A stretch of 32,000 nucleotides of DNA. Source: Cyanophyceae cyanobacterium (GTDB taxonomy: Bacteria > Cyanobacteriota > Cyanobacteriia > Cyanobacteriales > Laspinemataceae). Within the stretch, counting starts at the first letter, position 1, and every line of letters begins with the position of its first letter. Below are positions 26,952 to 32,000 of this stretch, one piece after another. The stretch spans positions 111,029 through 143,028 of the forward strand of contig JBBQFN010000004.1 in assembly GCA_038321985.1 (NCBI GenBank), written 5' to 3'. The position numbers and the translations under genes were made by a program. The notes beneath the pieces are model-generated. The model had not been told where the DNA came from and made no database searches. It worked only from the letters and a program-made list of their open reading frames with translations.

Positions 26952-29087
26952 TTAAGGTTCCTTCACCGATGGTACTCGCCAAATTTTAAGGGTTTCATCG
27001 GGAGAACCTGTCAAGAGAGTTTTACCATTGCGAGTCATTGCAATTCCACTTACATAACTAGAATGACCATTAAGCTGATAACGCAGGGTTCCAGTCGCTA
27101 AATCCCAAATTTCGATCGTCCCTCCACTACTCGCCAACATCTTACCTTCGGGGCCAATTACGACGGATCTCACCCAAGTTGAATCTCCGATTAACTGATA
27201 TTTTCGCTCTCCAGTTCTGAGGTTCCAAATCACAATTGTATTATCGCGACTGCCACTGGCGAGGGTGTTACCATCGGGACTGATGGCAAGGGAAAGAACC
27301 GGATGCCCATGACCTCGAAGAGTTAATAACCTAGCGCCGGTTGTTAAGTCCCAAATTTTTACGGTATTGTCATTAGCCGCACTAATAATTCGGCGGCCAT
27401 CGGGAGTAAAAGCGACTGCATTTACCCCGGCTCCCACCTGAATTGTCCGGAGGCGAGTCCCGCTTCTAATATCCCAAATTTTAATCGTATTATCATCCGA
27501 TCCACTCGCTAAACGCTGTCCATCGGGGGTAAAGGCGAGGGTATTTACGGGGCCCCAATGCGCTCCGGGTCCGGCAATGGTAAGCATACGGGACCCATTA
27601 TTCATATTCCATAATCGAATCGTTTTGTCTGCGGAACCACTTGCTAAGGTTTGACCATTGGGACTAATGGCTAGAGTCTTTACCCAGTCTTTATGAGCGG
27701 CGATCGTTTGCAGTAATGCTCCACTTTTAAGATTCCAGATGCGGATTGTGCCAAAACTACCGCTGGCAAAGGTTCCCCCCTCGGATTGATTTTCCGCGCC
27801 GGGAACCTGACTCATGGCGAGGGACTGAACTTTACCGACATCCCGGATGCTTTTTCTTAAAAATAGACTGCTAGGGATATTCACGAGCAGTCCGACAGGA
27901 TTGGCTGGAAATAATCCATATCGCCAATAGCCATAAACTTGGGAGGTTCCCAGCAGGACTAATAAGATGGCGATCGCTGAAATCCAGGGTTTTTTCCCTG
28001 CTTTTTTCAGATATCGACCCCGACTATTACTTTTCGGTGGATAAACGGGTTTGTATTGCGATCGCAGCTTTTTTGATTCTGTGGATGTTGATTTCGAGTT
28101 CAGATTGGAAGCTGTATTGTAATTTCCCCGGGTCCCAGAGGTTCCGATTCCTGTGGTATTATCGTCCCCAACTTCCCCATTTGGCGGCGTCAAGTCAATC
28201 TCCGCTAGACATTGCAAGATAGATTGAGCACTTTGAGGTCGCTTTCCGGGAAAGGGAGCCATTAAATAATCGATCACATCTCCAAACGACTTGGAAATCT
28301 GCGGTGCACTATTGCGCCAGACGAGCTTTCCCGTCCGAGGATTTTCCGAAAAGGCGGTAGGCGGTTTCGCCGTGAGTAAAAAGACTAGGGTCCGGCCTAA
28401 TGCATAAAAATCCGATTGCGGCACCGCCTTACCATTGGCTTGTTCCGGTGGCGTATAGCCCGGAGACACAATCCCCGTAATATTTTGGCCCTGCCCCACT
28501 TTGGCAAAGTAGGTGTTGGTGACTTCGCGCGCAGCCCCAAAGTCAATCAACACGACTTGCCCATTCAACCGAATCATGATGTTGAGAGGCTTAATATCCC
28601 GATGAAAAAAGTTTTGTTGGTGGACGCGATCGAGAATCTCCACCATCTGTTTTAACCAATCAATGGCTTGGCTTTGGTTTACGGGACGATTTCCCCGCTT
28701 TTTCATCCAATCACGCAGGTTCAATCCACTGATTTTTTCCATGACTAAGCAGTGGATCGGTTCGGTTTCCCCGGGAGGCGTGATCGCAAAGTAGGCATCT
28801 GGCTCAACTTTGGGAATCCCCGGATGGTTGATCCGTTTAAGCACATCGGCTTCCTGCTGAAAAAGCTCCACCGCTTTTTCATGGTTTTGGAGCAATACTT
28901 TCAGGACCTTGATGGCTCCTTTATCCTCAATTTCAAAGGTTTTGCCAAAACCCCCACCTCCAAGGGGTTTGATAATCCGATACCGTCCTTGCAGGATTAC
29001 ATCACAGCCACAGTGAACACATTTGACCTGGTCCGCGTTGGCTGGGTCATTAGGATGGGGACATTTGGGATTCAGGCAATAACTCAC
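26952..29087 (-). CDS. Ser/Thr protein kinase with N-terminal Cys4 zinc-ribbon-like motif, one TM segment and a C-terminal WD40 propeller
   Basis: The N-terminus has CLNPKC...CVHCGC. Kinase motifs are GGGGFGKTF, HRDIKPLNIM, IDFGAA and GYTPPE. The TM segment is WISAIAILLVLLGT. There are about 7 WD repeats (ASGSADKTIRLWN, ASGSDDNTIKIWD, SAANDNTVKIWD, ASGSRDNTIVIWN, TGSPDETLKIWR and others). Confidence 0.92.
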   Translation of the reverse strand: MSYCLNPKCPHPNDPANADQVKCVHCGCDVILQGRYRIIKPLGGGGFGKTFEIEDKGAIKVLKVLLQNHEKAVELFQQEADVLKRINHPGIPKVEPDAYFAITPPGETEPIHCLVMEKISGLNLRDWMKKRGNRPVNQSQAIDWLKQMVEILDRVHQQNFFHRDIKPLNIMIRLNGQVVLIDFGAAREVTNTYFAKVGQGQNITGIVSPGYTPPEQANGKAVPQSDFYALGRTLVFLLTAKPPTAFSENPRTGKLVWRNSAPQISKSFGDVIDYLMAPFPGKRPQSAQSILQCLAEIDLTPPNGEVGDDNTTGIGTSGTRGNYNTASNLNSKSTSTESKKLRSQYKPVYPPKSNSRGRYLKKAGKKPWISAIAILLVLLGTSQVYGYWRYGLFPANPVGLLVNIPSSLFLRKSIRDVGKVQSLAMSQVPGAENQSEGGTFASGSFGTIRIWNLKSGALLQTIAAHKDWVKTLAISPNGQTLASGSADKTIRLWNMNNGSRMLTIAGPGAHWGPVNTLAFTPDGQRLASGSDDNTIKIWDIRSGTRLRTIQVGAGVNAVAFTPDGRRIISAANDNTVKIWDLTTGARLLTLRGHGHPVLSLAISPDGNTLASGSRDNTIVIWNLRTGERKYQLIGDSTWVRSVVIGPEGKMLASSGGTIEIWDLATGTLRYQLNGHSSYVSGIAMTRNGKTLLTGSPDETLKIWRVPSVKEP

Positions 29088-29486
29088 AGAAGCTACATTA
29101 CCCTATATTCTGACTGCACGTTTCAACAACACTATAACTTGCAGTTATCATTCATAACTGTAGGGTCTTGCCAACTCATTGATAATTTCCTCGGTGAGTT
29201 GACCCTCTAGCTGCAAGTGCAGCGCAAGCCGTCTAGCTTGATTTTTTGATCGGCCCAATTTGCTTCTGGCTTAACCCGGATGGCTTGTGGGAACGTTTGT
29301 CTATCGAAGCCAGGTAGTACGCTCCCATTAAATGCTAGCAATTATTGGGTCAAAAAGATTATTTTTAAAAATGTTATAACCGTTGCTGGGTTTGATACCA
29401 ATCCCCATTTGAATCAATGGTTGCTCTGTATTGACGGGTGTAGTGACCTTTCGCCTGAAGGTGATGGGGGTTTAAGTTTTACGGTT

Positions 29487-29541
29487 CGCCACCCAGGACT
29501 ACCGTCTTTTTTTAGCCCTATTCCTTGAGTCCTGGGTGGCG
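29487..29541. repeat. 14-bp perfect inverted repeat with a 27-nt loop
   Basis: CGCCACCCAGGACT (29487-29500) and AGTCCTGGGTGGCG (29528-29541). The loop contains a T7 run. The right arm abuts a HIP1 site. Confidence 0.6.
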
Positions 29542-29726
29542 ATCGCCTGGATATGGCCCTGACTCCCTGCTTTGTCTCCTTTACCATCAAACCGGGCTGG
29601 CGATCGCACTTCCCCCAACTCAATTGTAATTAAATTTTGTCGATCCGATTCATCTCCCCCTTCCGGTATCCAAGTTAGGGGTTAGGGTTTGATATTCCCT
29701 CCGTAATTGTTCGGAACCCGTTTGAG

Positions 29727-29933
29727 TTACCGGCCTCTCTCTCCCGTGCAGTCGCCCCTTTCAAATCGATGCTGATATCGCATAAAAGCCTCTTCCACTT
29801 CCGCTTCGCTCAAAATTAAATAATTGGCAATATCGGGAAAACTTTTGCCAATTTTCCACATTTTGCCTACCACATCTTCTATCGTTTTCTCCGTAATTTC
29901 CCGGAGTTTTGCCATTTCCTTCTCTCGTTTCAT
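29727..29933 (-). CDS. Small hypothetical protein with a helix-turn-helix-like segment (weak call)
   Basis: 68-aa ORF. An internal ATG at 29915 has a better SD (GAGAAGGAA). The segment GKSFPDIANYLILSEAEVEEAF resembles a short HTH. The ORF is isolated in an otherwise ORF-free region and has no family signature. Confidence 0.3.
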   Translation of the reverse strand: MKREKEMAKLREITEKTIEDVVGKMWKIGKSFPDIANYLILSEAEVEEAFMRYQHRFERGDCTGERGR

Positions 29934-31623
29934 TTTCCGGCCCTTTTTTAAAAGTTAACTGGAATCAATAGATGCCATTACCCTCAAGGTTGCCTTTGTA
30001 GCCTGTTTCCTTCAATCGGATTAACTCTATTCCCCGGGATTTTCAATAGATTGAGAAATAGTTTAAAGTTATACAGTTCTGCGGTTTATCTTTCAGTAAA
30101 ATAATAGTTTATAATAATCTTTTACATGAACCTGAATAACGCTAACGCTACGGGACGAATTGCCCATTTTAATCCTGGAATTGTAGCTCGTTAGGGTTTA
30201 ATTTTCCTGGGTTTTACTTAATTGGATGAAAAACAAAATCTGTTAAAATTAAGCAGTAGTTTCACGGCCACCCCCTAAAAGAATATTCTCTTAAATTAAA
30301 CTTGTTTTTTGAAAAATTACTTTTTTATGGGCAGTTAGTTTAAGGTAAAGCCATCATTCATTGAGACCCTTACAAAGTAAGTAAACCCTGTCTTACACCC
30401 TTTTTCGTTGTTATCCTTGAGGTTTTGCTAAATGATTGATTATCTGTCCTATCATTCAGCAGGGGATTTTACCATCGGGAAAACTTGAAAGGGCTTTTTA
30501 ATAGATATTTTTATTTTAAAAATTTAAAAATTAGGCTGGAAATAGCTTGCTTTAAAAACTCTATCCAGAAGTCCTCATTTTAATTTTGAATCCATGACAG
30601 TGCTAATTTAGGGGTGCTGTAGTCCTAAAAATTTAATCGCTGCCAAAAATATTCACTGCCAGTTAACTGCCTTAAACCTTAATGGTCTAAAAAGGTTCTA
30701 TCATGACGAAAAATTTTCATCGGCGATCGCCGACTTCCTTCTCATATCAAATCCTGACTTGTAGTCCCTAACTCGCCAACGATCATCCTCCTGGTTACAA
30801 TGGGGACGACAGTATTCTCAGTGTGAGTTCCCTGATTGGATAGAGATTCTAGGATTGGGGATCTCGGGTTGATACCATCCGGGGCACCCGTAGCTACACA
30901 CCCCCGGATCCAAAGATCTAGTCTAATAAAACAGCGTAAAATTGTTTACCCGTAAGGGGTTTAGTTAATTTCTAAATGATGTTAGGTAAGAGGCAGAGGG
31001 TTTGATATCAGGACTCAAGGCGATGCTGATGTTGGCAACGGGTCCCAGATTTCAAATAAATGTTATCCAGCATGGCATGGGTAGGCTTTTAACTCACGCA
31101 TCTATCTATAGGCGTAAATGTTTCTGAGAAATTGTAGCGGGGGTGTTTTTCCCGGGGACGCTAATTCCCTATTGATTCCCAGAATTACCATCCCTAAAGG
31201 AATTGAAGCGTTAAGCCGACTCACAACACAGCCAGGATTGCGCCGATTTGGGAGCCTCTGAAACCCAAAATAGTTAAGTATATTTGCTTAATTCGGACAA
31301 AAATAAAAAAACTTAACATTTCGTAATGATTTCTGGCCCGGAGGCAGTGTATAAAGGTAACCTGAAGGGGTGGAGAAACGAAAAAGTTAACCTGAGTATT
31401 GATTAAAAAAGGTTTTCAAGTTTCTCATACTTCTGCTAATATTTTCTAAGATTTCTCGAAAGCGGGTGACAAAGCCCCAACAGGGCCCAGCCACTAACTT
31501 CGAGTCCAGCTTTAAACATACTGATTGTTGTAGTGTTGTAGCTGGGGTTGGTCGGAACCTAACAAGCTGTACAGCTTGAACGGGATCAACTAAACTTGAT
31601 TGAAGCCCAAACCAAGCCAATAA

Positions 31624-32000
<377 letters not shown>

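Noticed and set aside
31526-31541. A tandem TGTTGTAG TGTTGTAG about 100 nt upstream of cpcB, reminiscent of TTGTTA-type direct repeats bound by chromatic-acclimation regulators.
   Set aside because: A tandem 8-mer duplication is expected about 0.5 times by chance in this window, and the sequence does not match the TTGTTA repeat exactly. It is kept only as a note for anyone mapping the cpcB promoter.

Overview
This is a cyanobacterial chromosomal segment. The octamer GCGATCGC (HIP1) occurs about 39 times by my manual scan, and the gene content is typical: pds-crtB, a phycocyanin beta-subunit gene, an RRM-type Rbp and a DnaK/DnaJ pair. Most of the window is ordinary housekeeping and signalling genes. 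These are two tandem sensor histidine kinases, a dnaK-dnaJ pair whose DnaK has a repeat-bearing C-terminal tail, a CheY-like regulator, pds-crtB, an EAL protein, an Rbp, a large TPR/Pro-rich M48-like membrane protein, two tandem DUF4870 genes, a bestrophin-family channel, a Ser/Thr kinase with WD40 repeats, and the 5' end of cpcB at the right edge. I did not recognise any rRNA, tRNA or CRISPR array. The clearly accessory part lies at about 8.9-14.1 kb. There a visibly AT-rich, HIP1-poor cassette encodes a cytoplasmic VanW-like protein followed on the same strand by an intact MmeI-family (Type IIL) restriction-modification enzyme. Directly downstream is a C5 cytosine methyltransferase with host-like composition and no partner endonuclease. 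Two near-identical 110-bp MITE-like elements in inverted orientation (3970-4079 and 14358-14467) bracket the 10.3 kb holding dnaJ, dnaK and this cassette. The best candidate for something undescribed is the VanW-like/MmeI-like pairing, but it rests on adjacency and composition only. Other points worth a second look are several long perfect inverted repeats, three long ORF-poor intergenic regions with internal repeats, a 39-bp x3 in-frame tandem repeat in dnaK, and a degenerate zinc motif (GELGH) in the M48-like protein. All homology calls come from motif recognition by eye, as no searches could be run.
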